A stretch of DNA of 64,000 bases from Dehalococcoidia bacterium. Lineage in GTDB: Bacteria; Chloroflexota; Dehalococcoidia; Lucifugimonadales; VXLM01. Position 1 is the stretch's first letter. Every line of letters starts with the position of its first letter. The translations under genes and the position numbers were made by a program. The stretch covers positions 4,067,923-4,131,922 of the forward strand of contig OY759598.1 in NCBI GenBank assembly GCA_963662435.1, written 5' to 3'. The notes under the pieces were generated by a model. It was not told where the DNA came from. It saw only the letters and a list, made by a program, of their open reading frames with translations, and searched no databases. Shown piece after piece: positions 37,181 to 47,047 of the stretch.

Positions 37181-37737
37181 AGATGCGGGACGCCGTGATC
37201 GCCACGATGGACACCGGCAGCCGAACCTGGGACTTCGAGGTGATCCCCGCTGTCCGGTTGGAGCGGGCCTTGCAGGACGCCTGCGAATGGCTGGGCGAGG
37301 TGGCCGCTCACCACGTCCTCAACGGGGCCGACCCCGACGCGCTTCCTGAGCGAGATTTTTCCGCAGGCAGCTGGCAATGCAGGTCGTGTCCCTTCCTCGA
37401 CATCTGCCTGCCGGGGATGGAGGAGGCGGACAAAGAGACGGAGATGGAATGCGAAGACGTGAACGACGAGGAGGCACGCGATGCGGTCGTGGCCTACGCC
37501 GAATCTCAGCACGCGATCAAGGAGCCCGAGAAGGCCAAGCGCGCCGCGCTGGACACCCTGAAGGCGTGGATGCGCCAGCGGGGGGACGCGAAGGCGACCG
37601 TTGACGGGCGCACGGTCAGCCTCGTGCAATCGAAGCGGTACTCCGTCAACTACCGCAAGCTCAACGAACTGCTCGACTCCGAGACAAGGGCAGACATAGT
37701 GACGGAGAGCGAGTCGGAGTACGTGCGGGTCAGCTAG
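37181..37737 (+). CDS. Cas4-like nuclease, exon 2
   Basis: WQCRSCPFLDIC supplies the three C-terminal Cys; in frame with exon 1 after splicing. Confidence 0.8.
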
Positions 37738-37829
37738 ACGCTCCCTTGCGGAGCGCGGGACGGGGCCTGTTCCCATCTACCGGGACGACCCCGCCGAGTC
37801 CCAACACGCCCCACATGAAAGGAGACACC

Positions 37830-38213
37830 ATGACCACTGCAACTGGGACCGCCACGGTCACGACGATGTGGCAGGACAAGCACAGCGGCCTACGCAGGCA
37901 CAAGCTGATGACGAAGGAACTGGGTGAGAAGATCCCAGCCCTCTACGCCAACGAGAACGTCGAGAACTACGACGACGTGCTCGCCCCCGCAAAGCTTTTC
38001 TCGCCCTATGGCAACTGGACCTGGTACGTGACCGAATGGGACGCCGAGACCGGCGAATGCTTCGGCCTCGTCCAGGGATTCGAGACCGAGCTTGGCTACT
38101 TCTCGCTCGACGAGCTGGCGGAGGCGACCGTGTTCGGCGGCGTCCCCGCCGTGGAGCGCGACCTGTACTGGGAACCGAAGACCATCGGCGAGATCAGGAG
38201 ACGGTCGCATTGA
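37830..38213 (+). CDS. DUF2958-family protein
   Basis: KLFSPYGNWTWYVTE..FGLVQGFETELGYFSLDEL..VERDLYW. Confidence 0.85.
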   Translation: MTTATGTATVTTMWQDKHSGLRRHKLMTKELGEKIPALYANENVENYDDVLAPAKLFSPYGNWTWYVTEWDAETGECFGLVQGFETELGYFSLDELAEATVFGGVPAVERDLYWEPKTIGEIRRRSH

Positions 38214-38372
38214 GACCGGCGGAATTCTGGACGCTCCGTAAGTCGGAGCGCAGGACGGGGCTGCCTTTCTTCTACAGGGAGGCAACCCCGCTCCCGTATC
38301 GGAGTGCGGGACAAGCTTCATTCAACCGGGCGCGGTCTGACTGCGCTACTTCACACAAGAGGAGAAATCGAA

Positions 38373-38747
38373 ATGGCAAGGACGATCAACAAAGTCGAAC
38401 TCTTGGGAAGAGTGGGCACGGAGCCGGAGATGAGCTACACGCCGGGCGGCACCGCGGTCACCAAGCTGCGGCTGGCAACCGACCGCTACCGCAAGGAGGG
38501 CGAAAACGGGACGGATTGGCACAACGTGGTGGTATGGGGTGCGACGGCGGAGGCCGTGAACCAGTACGTCGCGAAGGGTCAGAGAATCTACGTCGCAGGC
38601 CGCCTCGTACAGAACTCCTGGGACGGAGACGACGGCCAGCGCCGCCACCGCACCGAGGTCCACGCCTCCGAGGTCGTGTTCCTCGACTCCTCGAACGGAA
38701 ACGGGAACGGCGGGAGCCACAACGGCGAGGAGGACTCTCCCTTCTAG
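38373..38747 (+). CDS. ssb: Single-stranded DNA-binding protein
   Basis: INKVELLGRVGTEPE, TDWHNVVVWG, acidic tail EEDSPF. Confidence 0.95.
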   Translation: MARTINKVELLGRVGTEPEMSYTPGGTAVTKLRLATDRYRKEGENGTDWHNVVVWGATAEAVNQYVAKGQRIYVAGRLVQNSWDGDDGQRRHRTEVHASEVVFLDSSNGNGNGGSHNGEEDSPF

Positions 38748-38865
38748 CTCGGACAACTAACAACCGCACACCGACGCCCGACTCAGCCGGGCGCAACTAC
38801 GGGGCCGCTTCCCATCTACAGGGGACGGCCCAGCTCTTTGTACCAACGAAAATAAGGAGGCCGAC

Positions 38866-39399
38866 ATGACAAGGAAGAAGAAGTCCCCCAAGGCAACCCT
38901 CGCCGCCAGCCCTGAAGGACAGGCCGTTCTGGACGCACTGCGAAGCAACCAGAGCCTGCTGGGAGAGTTGGCGGCGCGCTACGAGGTCTCCATCAGGCCC
39001 GATGGCCCGGAAGACCCGCCGTCCATCGGCTCCCCGTACGACGTCTACCGCCTGCTGGGGCCGGAGATGTCCGTGCTGGCCCAGGAGCAACTTCGCGTAC
39101 TTCTACTCGACAACAACAACAACGTGATCGGTCAGCGCGTCATATACCAGGGCAACGTGAATTCGTCGATGGTTCGCGCGGCGGAGGTGCTCAGGCCCGC
39201 CGTCGTCGAGGCCGTGCCCGGCGTCATCGTGGTTCACAACCACCCGTCCGGTGATCCCGACCCCAGCCCCAACGACGTGCAGATCACGCGGAAGCTCAGG
39301 CAGGCGGCGGAACTGCTGGACATCGAGCTCCTCGACCACGTGGTGATCGGAATGAAACGGCACGTCAGCCTCAAGGACCGAGGCCTGATGACGGGCTAG
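38866..39399 (+). CDS. radC: RadC-like JAB-domain protein
   Basis: QEQLRVLLLD, HNHPSGDPDPSPND, LLDHVVIG. Confidence 0.92.
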   Translation: MTRKKKSPKATLAASPEGQAVLDALRSNQSLLGELAARYEVSIRPDGPEDPPSIGSPYDVYRLLGPEMSVLAQEQLRVLLLDNNNNVIGQRVIYQGNVNSSMVRAAEVLRPAVVEAVPGVIVVHNHPSGDPDPSPNDVQITRKLRQAAELLDIELLDHVVIGMKRHVSLKDRGLMTG

Positions 39400-39470
39400 A
39401 AACCACCTCCCGCACCCGGCGCGCAGTCCGTCTGCTGCGCCGCATCCGGGCGTACGGAAGAGAGGACGCA

Positions 39471-39800
39471 ATGAACGAGCGAGAGACACGCGGAGACTTT
39501 CGGAATGCGGAGATTAAGTGGAAGATTCCGGGGGCCGGGTTCGTAATGCAAGGCGCGTTCGTCGTCCTGGTCGACAGGGATCCGGACCCGTACGCCTGCA
39601 CCGCCTACGGCGGCCCTCCGGAGGACGTGGAGGCCCACCTGAGAACGTGCCGGGAGACCTGGGCCACCGTGTGGGCGCTGGAGGGCGACACGCTCGAAGA
39701 GGCCAGGCAGTCCCTGGCGGAGCGCCGCTTTTGCGGGTCCGCCTACCACGTGAACGACTGCGAGCTTCTGGACGACCGGCCGCAGGAGGACGCGCGCTAG
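39471..39800 (+). CDS. Hypothetical protein
   Basis: GAGGA RBS; in operon context. Confidence 0.5.
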   Translation: MNERETRGDFRNAEIKWKIPGAGFVMQGAFVVLVDRDPDPYACTAYGGPPEDVEAHLRTCRETWATVWALEGDTLEEARQSLAERRFCGSAYHVNDCELLDDRPQEDAR

Positions 39801-39893
39801 TGCAGAGGAGATGCATCGACCCCTACCAGGGGCTCCACGCGAGGGAGTCGCTCCTGCCGCGCATCGAACACACCGAAGACAAGGAGATTCACC

Positions 39894-40547
39894 ATGCTCG
39901 CGACACACACCATAGATCCCGATGACCCCGCATCGAGTGCGGGGCTGGTTCTCTACACCATCTCGGCGGGAGGATTTTCGGCCACCGTGGATGCCTTCGC
40001 CCGCGACGAGCAGACCGACGGCCTCTGGTTCGTCTCGATGGTAGGCTCCCAGACCGCGCTCAAGGCGATCTGGGCCTCGCTGCTCAAGCAGCCGCCCGAC
40101 ACGGCACACATCATCGAGGGCGCGGAGGGTGTGCCCCTGAGCGGCGGCTACCAGAGGTGCGTGGTTCCGTACGAAACGGTGGGGAGCTGGACGACGAAGA
40201 TCGCCCGGCTGCCCGTGTCCGGCGGATGGCACGCGCTCGTGTTTACCAAACAGGCCGAGTTCGGCTTTGAGAAGGACTCGTTCCTCCTGCTGGTGCAGAG
40301 CGAGGAGGATGCTCCCGATCTGCATCACCGCTTCCTCGACAAGCGCAGCCCGCTGCCCCTGCGCGGCTCCTGGGCCGGTTGGCTCTGGGACCGGGGCATC
40401 GACAACGGCGAGATAGTTCCTTTGCAGTCAGTGGGAATCTCCGCCTACCGGTGCTCCCCGAGGGCCGAGGAACTCAGGGAAGACCTCTCCGACGCGGTGG
40501 CGTCGGGACGGCTCACGCTGCCCCGTGAGGAGGCGTCCGATGGATAG
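39894..40547 (+). CDS. Hypothetical protein
   Basis: AAGGAG RBS; 217 aa. Confidence 0.7.
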   Translation: MLATHTIDPDDPASSAGLVLYTISAGGFSATVDAFARDEQTDGLWFVSMVGSQTALKAIWASLLKQPPDTAHIIEGAEGVPLSGGYQRCVVPYETVGSWTTKIARLPVSGGWHALVFTKQAEFGFEKDSFLLLVQSEEDAPDLHHRFLDKRSPLPLRGSWAGWLWDRGIDNGEIVPLQSVGISAYRCSPRAEELREDLSDAVASGRLTLPREEASDG

Positions 40548-40947
40548 AACGCTGAAGAGGGCCAAGCGCAGGAACAAGCGGCGAATAGAGCGCAACGGCG
40601 GGGCGTGGGAACGGTTCAGTCCCGACGGCGTCCACTGCCGCTTTTGTCGCCATGACGGATCACAACACCTGATGAGTTCGGCGCAGCCGCACTTCTTCCG
40701 TCCCGCGACGGATGCGGAGCGGCGCGACCCCTGGGTCATGCTCTACCGGCACAAGCTGCCGGAGGGTGGCTCGATGCTCGTGCGGCGGATGACCGTCGCC
40801 AACCGCGCCGAGCTCATTACAGCATACTGTGTCGACTGCGCCGAGAGCATGAAAACGTCCCAGGTCCTCTGCTACCAGAGGAATCTCGCCATAGGGGAGG
40901 TGATCGGACTCGGCACATCAAGCAAGGACATGGCAATCGCCGCCTGA
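40540..40947 (+). CDS. Hypothetical protein with CxxC pairs
   Basis: CRFC and CVDC; GGAGG RBS. Confidence 0.6.
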   Translation: MDRTLKRAKRRNKRRIERNGGAWERFSPDGVHCRFCRHDGSQHLMSSAQPHFFRPATDAERRDPWVMLYRHKLPEGGSMLVRRMTVANRAELITAYCVDCAESMKTSQVLCYQRNLAIGEVIGLGTSSKDMAIAA

Positions 40948-40971
40948 AGGCGGCGGGAAAGGAGAGACGAC

Positions 40972-42009
40972 ATGAGACTGGCTGCTCAAGCGAAGGGCGG
41001 GTTCTATCCCACGCCAGACCGGGTCGTGGACATGATCGCCGACCTGATTCACACGCCGTCGAGCTACCACCACCGCAACGCGGAGACGCTGCGCATTCTC
41101 GACCCCTGCTGCGGGGCAGGGGATGCGCTGGCGCAACTGGCCGAGCGCCTCGACAGCCCCAACGCTCTGCCCATCGAGACCTACGGAGTCGAGCTGCACC
41201 GGGACAGGGCGCAGGAAGCGGCGGGCCGCCTCGACCACGTACTGGCCGTCGACCTGTTCGCCACATCGATAGCGAACGGGGCCTTCGGACTGCTGCTTCT
41301 GAACCCGCCGTATGACTTTGACTCGGCGGACAAGCGGACGGAACATGCCTTCCTCACGCAAACTACGAGGTATCTGGCCGACGGCGGCCTGCTGGTATTC
41401 ATCGTGCCCAGGCAACGGCTCGCGGTCTCGGCCCGCTACCTGTCCACGCACTACGGAAGGATGCGGTGCTGGGCATTCCCGGACCCCGAGCGCGAGGTCT
41501 TCGACCAAGTCGTGCTGTTTGGGTACCGCAAGACGGACCCCGTTCCCGAACCGCACGCCGAGAAGAGAGTGCTGGAGTGGGCGTTCGGGGAGCCGGAGCC
41601 TCTTCGCTCCTACCCCTACCCGGAGTTCAGTCCTCCCACCACGCCGGGCGGCGACATCCTGTTCGCCACCCGGACAGTCGATCCCGTCGCAGCCGCTGCC
41701 GAAGCACGGCGGACTGGGCTTTGGGCCAGCACGGAGATCACCGACACCCTCTGGCCCGCGAGGGACAACCGCACCCGTCCGCTGATGCCCCTGCGAAGGG
41801 GACACATGGCGATGCTGGTCGCGGCGGGCTTCCTCGACAACCTCGTCCTCGAAGGGGACGGTCGGCGCATCCTGGTCAAGGGGCGCACCAGCAAGGAGAT
41901 GGAGCTGGTGGAGGACTCCCCGGAGAAGGAAGTGCACCGCGAGAGGCTCGTGACGACCGTGGTGGCCCTCGATCTCGACAACGGCGAGATCACCGACATT
42001 GCGGCGTAG
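40972..42009 (+). CDS. SAM-dependent (DNA adenine) methyltransferase-like protein, DUF6094-type
   Basis: GFYPTP, ILDPCCGAG, YGVEL, LLNPPY. Confidence 0.85.
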   Translation: MRLAAQAKGGFYPTPDRVVDMIADLIHTPSSYHHRNAETLRILDPCCGAGDALAQLAERLDSPNALPIETYGVELHRDRAQEAAGRLDHVLAVDLFATSIANGAFGLLLLNPPYDFDSADKRTEHAFLTQTTRYLADGGLLVFIVPRQRLAVSARYLSTHYGRMRCWAFPDPEREVFDQVVLFGYRKTDPVPEPHAEKRVLEWAFGEPEPLRSYPYPEFSPPTTPGGDILFATRTVDPVAAAAEARRTGLWASTEITDTLWPARDNRTRPLMPLRRGHMAMLVAAGFLDNLVLEGDGRRILVKGRTSKEMELVEDSPEKEVHRERLVTTVVALDLDNGEITDIAA

Positions 42010-42118
42010 ACGGCCCTCCGCATCCACGAGGCCAGTTCATCCCCCTACAGGGACGTCTGGCCCTCGCACCAGCGAATCAACTTAGGAGACCCCCTTATAT
42101 AAGGAAAGGAGAAGAAAA

Positions 42119-42313
42119 ATGCAGATGACCATGACGCTTGAAAATTGCTGCCGGTGCGGGCTGACGATTCTCCCAGGCGAACCGGCCATGCAGACTGCCT
42201 CGGTGGACATCGTGGACGGCAGGGCCGTCTCCACGCCCGTGCGATTCTACCACTTGAGGGGCGGAAGCGAGTCTGCCGCGAAGGAACGGCAGCCCGCTCC
42301 CCAGGCCGCGTAG
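42119..42313 (+). CDS. Small hypothetical protein
   Basis: AAAGGAG RBS; CCRC motif. Confidence 0.45.
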   Translation: MQMTMTLENCCRCGLTILPGEPAMQTASVDIVDGRAVSTPVRFYHLRGGSESAAKERQPAPQAA

Positions 42314-42599
42314 ACGGTCCGAATCGAGCCGCACCACGAGAGTCCTGTCGTCCCTGCGGGAACGACAGCACCTCACCAACCGGAGAAACATGACATTCCA
42401 GGAGAACAGACCTACCGGAGGGTGCCTCACGGCACTCCGCCAGGGCTCTTGCCCAGGCACCCTCTCACAGAAAACACCCCCGTGGGGAGTTCTCGTGGGC
42501 GTGGTGCGCCTCGCGCCGGTGCGGCCTGCGGGCCGCTCACGGCGGAGGTGGGCGCCCTGGGTTCCGTGGGGCCTCTTCGAGAAATGAGGAGAAACCACG

Positions 42600-44984
42600 A
42601 TGAACCTGGCAGGATTCATTGACACATTTAAGGACGCGATCGCGCAGAGGGTGGTGGAGTCCTACCCGCCGCTCTACCGTCCCTCGGAGAACGGCGGCAG
42701 GCTGCCTCGCCTGCTCCGCAAGCCCTTGGGAGCGCAGGCCGACGCCATAAGGGGCGCGGCCCTCTCCCTGCGGGCCCACCGGGGCACCACCGTAGTCGGA
42801 GAAATGGGGACTGGAAAGACCTTCATCGCCGCCGCCGCGGCGCACATGGCGGGCTTCCGGCGGATTCTGGTGCTGGGCCCGCCCCACCTCGTGCCCAAGT
42901 GGAAGCGGGAGGTGGAGCAGACGGTGCCCGGCGCGCGGGCCGTCATCGTCGAATCCATCACCGACCTGGAGCGGCTGCGCCTCTCCGTCGGCTCGGGCCC
43001 GCTGTTCGCGGTGATGAGCAGAGAGCGAGCGAAGCTCTCCTACCGCTGGATGCCCGCCGTGATACAGCGGTGGGCCACATCAAAGGGCAGGCTCATACGG
43101 GAGGAGGAGACGGGGGAGCCCTTCCGGGTCCCCTGCTGCCCCGACTGCACGGCGCAGATCGTCGACAAGGACGGGGTGCCGCTCACGTTCGTGGACCTGA
43201 ACCGCCGCAAGCACACCTGCGCAAACTGCGACGCCCCGCTGTGGCAGGCCGACAAGTCAGGCCCCAAGAGGTACCCGCTCGCCGATTACGTGAAGCACCA
43301 CATGAGGGGCTTCTTCGACCTGCTGATCGGAGACGAGTGTCACGAATTCAAGGGGCGCGGCTCCGCTCAGGGCATCGCCGCCGGCATCCTCGCCGACGCC
43401 TGCGGCAAGTCCCTCAGCCTGACGGGAACCCTTCTCGGAGGGTATGCCTCGACCATCTTCCACCTGCTCTTCCGCTTCTCGCCCGAGATCAGGACGGAGT
43501 TCGAGCGCTCCGACGAACACCGTTGGATCAAGAGGTACGGCTTCGAGGAGCACACCATCGGCAAGGACGACGAAGGCGCGCTGGAGGACGGGCGCAACAG
43601 CCGAAGGAAGAAGTTCCGCAAGGTGGTGCGCGAGAGGCCGGGGCTGGTGCCCTCTGCACTGTTCCACATCATTGGGAATACGGTGTTCCTCAGACTGGCG
43701 GACGTCGCCTCCGGCCTGCCGGACTACGAGGAGCAGATGCTGCTCTCCTCAATGGACTCGGAGGATGATTCGACGGGATATTCCCAGCGCAGCGCATACG
43801 ACACCGTGTTCGAGGAACTGAGGAAGCAACTGGCGGAGGCACTCAAGAAGGGTTCCAAGCGGCTGCTGGCGACCTACCTGCAAACACTCTTAGCGTACCC
43901 GGACAGCTGCACCAAGGGAGAGACGGTCTTCGACCCCAGGACGGGCGATGTAATAGTCCAGGTTCCTCCACTGTCTCACGAAAAACTCTACCCGAAGGAG
44001 AAGGCGCTCATCGACCTGGTGGCCGCCGAGCGGCTGGAGGGAAGGCGGGTGCTGGTCTACGTGACGCACACGGGAACGAGGGACATCACCGGGCGGATGG
44101 ACGACATCCTCACCCGGCATGGCTTCCGGGTGGCGGTGATGAAGGCCGACGCGGTTGCCCCGAACCGCAGAGAGAAGTGGGTGGCGGACAGGGTAAAGGA
44201 GGGAGTGGACGTACTGATAAGCCACCCCCGGCTGGTGCAGACCGGACTCGACCTCATCGACTTCCCGACAATCGTCTGGGACGAAACGGATTATAGCGTG
44301 TACGTCGTCCGGCAGGCGTCCCGCCGGTCGTGGCGCATCGGGCAGACCCGCCCGGTGAAGGTGGTGTTCATGAGCTACCGGAACACCCTACAGGCCGACG
44401 CCCTGAAGCTGGTGGCGAAGAAGCTCCAGAGCTCCTTGGCCGTCGAGGGCGAGCTGCCCGAGGACGGGCTTGCTGCCTACGGCGACGAGGGCGACGACCT
44501 CATGATGGCGCTGGCCCGCAAGATCGTCAACGGCGAGGAGGAGGACGAGGCCGAGACGGTGGAGCAGGTCTTCGCCCAGGCAAGGAACGCCGAGACGAGC
44601 GCCGAGGAACTGCTGGTGGACGACGGCTGGAAGCCGGTCGAAGTGGAGCCGGAGACCATTGCGGTCAACGGCAACGGGAATGGCAACGGCCACCATGAGG
44701 ACGTGTTCGGGACGACGGTCGAGCTTGTCCCGGCCAACGGCCGCCACGCCAACGGCAACGGAAACGGCCATGCGCCTGCCTCGGTCAACGGCAATGGGGC
44801 CAACGGGCACGACGACGAGGCCCCGGAGGCGCAGCAGTCGCTCTTCTCCTGGGCCGAGTTCATGGCCGAGCCGGTCAAGCCGAAGCGCAACGGCAAACCG
44901 CAGCCCGCGACCCTCTCGATGTTCGAGTGGGCGATGACGCTGGAAGAGCAGCGTGAGAAAGAGCCGGTCGGCGCGGGACGCTAG
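42600..44984 (+). CDS. SF2 (SNF2-like) helicase with Zn-ribbon insertion
   Basis: GEMGTGKT, DECH, LTGT, TGLDL, QASRRSWRIGQ. Confidence 0.88.
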   Translation: MNLAGFIDTFKDAIAQRVVESYPPLYRPSENGGRLPRLLRKPLGAQADAIRGAALSLRAHRGTTVVGEMGTGKTFIAAAAAHMAGFRRILVLGPPHLVPKWKREVEQTVPGARAVIVESITDLERLRLSVGSGPLFAVMSRERAKLSYRWMPAVIQRWATSKGRLIREEETGEPFRVPCCPDCTAQIVDKDGVPLTFVDLNRRKHTCANCDAPLWQADKSGPKRYPLADYVKHHMRGFFDLLIGDECHEFKGRGSAQGIAAGILADACGKSLSLTGTLLGGYASTIFHLLFRFSPEIRTEFERSDEHRWIKRYGFEEHTIGKDDEGALEDGRNSRRKKFRKVVRERPGLVPSALFHIIGNTVFLRLADVASGLPDYEEQMLLSSMDSEDDSTGYSQRSAYDTVFEELRKQLAEALKKGSKRLLATYLQTLLAYPDSCTKGETVFDPRTGDVIVQVPPLSHEKLYPKEKALIDLVAAERLEGRRVLVYVTHTGTRDITGRMDDILTRHGFRVAVMKADAVAPNRREKWVADRVKEGVDVLISHPRLVQTGLDLIDFPTIVWDETDYSVYVVRQASRRSWRIGQTRPVKVVFMSYRNTLQADALKLVAKKLQSSLAVEGELPEDGLAAYGDEGDDLMMALARKIVNGEEEDEAETVEQVFAQARNAETSAEELLVDDGWKPVEVEPETIAVNGNGNGNGHHEDVFGTTVELVPANGRHANGNGNGHAPASVNGNGANGHDDEAPEAQQSLFSWAEFMAEPVKPKRNGKPQPATLSMFEWAMTLEEQREKEPVGAGR

Positions 44985-45083
44985 ACCGCAGAAGGAACGG
45001 AAGAGGACGCCGCAAAAGGAGCGGCGGCCTCCCCCACATAGTCAACGCAGGAAAACAAGCAACTCTCACAAAGGAGATTAGTC

Positions 45084-45290
45084 ATGGCAAGAGTGTTCAT
45101 ATACGACGACCGCGAGTTCCCGGACCCCGACCCCGGGATGACCGTCGACGAAGTGAAGGCGACCCTCTCGGACTTCTACGGGGAGATCGCCAACGCCTCG
45201 GTGAAGGAGACAAAGCGCGGCGACGACACCGTCTACGAGTTCCAGCGGCGGGTGGGCACCAAGGGCGCCCACGCCCGGAACCCGGGATAG
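45084..45290 (+). CDS. Ubiquitin-like protein (PRTRC system protein C type)
   Basis: RVFIY...PDPDPGMTVDEVK..FYGEIANA..YEF..VGTKG. Confidence 0.85.
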   Translation: MARVFIYDDREFPDPDPGMTVDEVKATLSDFYGEIANASVKETKRGDDTVYEFQRRVGTKGAHARNPG

Positions 45291-45301
45291 GAGGGCATCC
45301 G

Positions 45302-45532
45302 ATGGACACCCGGACCTTTGCCGGTCTACTGGCGGGCACCCCGCCGACGAACCTCAAGATAATCGAGCTCACGGCGGAGCTCACGCGGCCCGACGGCTCC
45401 CTCGACCTGGACGCCGCGGCCGCCCGGCAGAAAGAGGTTGAAACGGCCTGCGCCCAGGCCCAGGACTACGCCTCGGCCACCGGGCGGCTGCTGGAGGCAA
45501 TGCGATGGAAGCTGCTACGCCGGCGCTCCTGA
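45302..45532 (+). CDS. Small hypothetical protein
   Basis: GGAGG RBS; within the cassette. Confidence 0.5.
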   Translation: MDTRTFAGLLAGTPPTNLKIIELTAELTRPDGSLDLDAAAARQKEVETACAQAQDYASATGRLLEAMRWKLLRRRS

Positions 45533-46350
45533 GCGGTCTTTCGCAACTGCTCTTGCGGCGTCCGCCGTCGCTGCGGGAGCTTGTGATGCTGGTCGGCTAC
45601 GCCGACGACTACGCCTGGTTCGCGGGGCTGGTGCGCCGCCTCTTTCCCGAAGAGGCGGAGGCGGCGCTGACGGCCCCCGACCTGCGCACGAGGGTGGAGC
45701 GTTTCGCCAATCTCTTCGGAGACCGGCACTTCCCCCTCTACGCGCCGGTAATCGAGTTCTGGACGGAGGATGGGGACGATCCCCCGTGGTCATGGCTGAG
45801 GCGGGGCATCCCCTTCGACCTGATGGGATTCGGCTACGACGGCATGCACGAGCTGTGGCACGACTACCGTGAGGGCCTCTCCGCCCTCGTCCTACCGGCC
45901 CGGCCCGCCGACGCCTACTACGACGGACCCGACGGGATACGGACGGCGTGGCTGGAGTCGGCCGCCACACGCATCCCGCAGACGACCCTGGAGAGGATTC
46001 CGAAGGGCGGCATACCGCTGGAGCACCTCAATGGGGCACTCAAGGGGACGACGTTCGAGGGCGCGGCGCAGGCCGCCGCCTGGGTCTTTGGGGAGACCGG
46101 CAACTTCTTCCTTGACAACTGCTACGACGATGGCTCGTTCGACGGGTTCTGCGACCCCTGGGACGACGACGTGATCGCCGAGGGCACGGCGGAGTGGCGC
46201 AGGGCCAGCGCCCTGATGGACTCGGTCTGCAAGCTGGCCGACTGGCTGGAGGAGGACCTTCCGGTCCGGTTCGCCGAGATGCTGGACGCGGTCCTGCCCC
46301 GGCTGCCCGAACAAGAACAACGAAAGGAGGACAACGACCATGACGACTGA
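45505..46350 (+). CDS. Hypothetical acidic protein in the ubiquitin-like cassette
   Basis: GGAGG RBS; located between the Ubl and E2 genes. Confidence 0.65.
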   Translation: MEAATPALLSGLSQLLLRRPPSLRELVMLVGYADDYAWFAGLVRRLFPEEAEAALTAPDLRTRVERFANLFGDRHFPLYAPVIEFWTEDGDDPPWSWLRRGIPFDLMGFGYDGMHELWHDYREGLSALVLPARPADAYYDGPDGIRTAWLESAATRIPQTTLERIPKGGIPLEHLNGALKGTTFEGAAQAAAWVFGETGNFFLDNCYDDGSFDGFCDPWDDDVIAEGTAEWRRASALMDSVCKLADWLEEDLPVRFAEMLDAVLPRLPEQEQRKEDNDHDD

Positions 46351-47047
46351 CGTGGAAAGGACCGAGTGGTCCCTGCCGGGCGCGGAGGACATGCCCAGGG
46401 ACGACCTCAAGCTACAGCTCGAGGTCTACGGCGAGACCATCCTGCTCCGGGGCTTTGGAGACGACTCCAACTGGGTCAGGACAGTCTCGGCGGACGAGAT
46501 CGCCAACATCTTTACGCAGCACCTGGGCTTCTCCTCGGGGCTGCTGCCCCGGGACGCCCTCTGGTGGAACCAGGGTGAGACCGGGCACTCGGTGGCCCTA
46601 TGGCGGCCGCCGCAGGTCTGGTCCGTGGCCCTGCAACGGGAGGCGTTCAAGCCCCCCGCAAGGCTCCGGCTTCCCATGCCGGGGCTGGTCTTCGTCTGCT
46701 CGCCGGGACGCGCGCCCTGGGTCTACGCCGCCCGGGTCAGGCCGAGCGACCCCGAGCAGCAGCTCTTCCGGGCCCCCGCCTTCAACGTCTTCTCAGACGG
46801 GAGGGTCTGCCCCGGAAGCCACCGGTTCCCGGAGGAAGTCGGACTGATACCTGAGGACTTCTTCCAGTCCTTCTTCTCCCTTACGGGAGACAGCCGGAAC
46901 CGCTCGAACAAGCACCCCGAAAACCTGCAAGACCTATGGGAGGAGCTGGATGGAAAGACCGAATACCCGATGGAGGACCTTGTTCCCCACTGCAGGGTGG
47001 CCCACGTCATGGCGGTCTCCGAGGGGAGACGCGGCCACCGCTGGTGA
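46340..47047 (+). CDS. Prokaryotic E2-like protein (PRTRC protein B / E2 family D type)
   Basis: LPMPGLVF, LFRAPAFNVFSDGRVCPG (candidate catalytic Cys), FFQSFFS. Confidence 0.8.
   Translation: MTTDVERTEWSLPGAEDMPRDDLKLQLEVYGETILLRGFGDDSNWVRTVSADEIANIFTQHLGFSSGLLPRDALWWNQGETGHSVALWRPPQVWSVALQREAFKPPARLRLPMPGLVFVCSPGRAPWVYAARVRPSDPEQQLFRAPAFNVFSDGRVCPGSHRFPEEVGLIPEDFFQSFFSLTGDSRNRSNKHPENLQDLWEELDGKTEYPMEDLVPHCRVAHVMAVSEGRRGHRW

Noticed and set aside
33950..37737. Cas4-like gene as part of the CRISPR adaptation module
   Set aside because: It is over 22 kb from the cas locus, inside an ICE recombination operon, and type I-E systems do not normally use Cas4.
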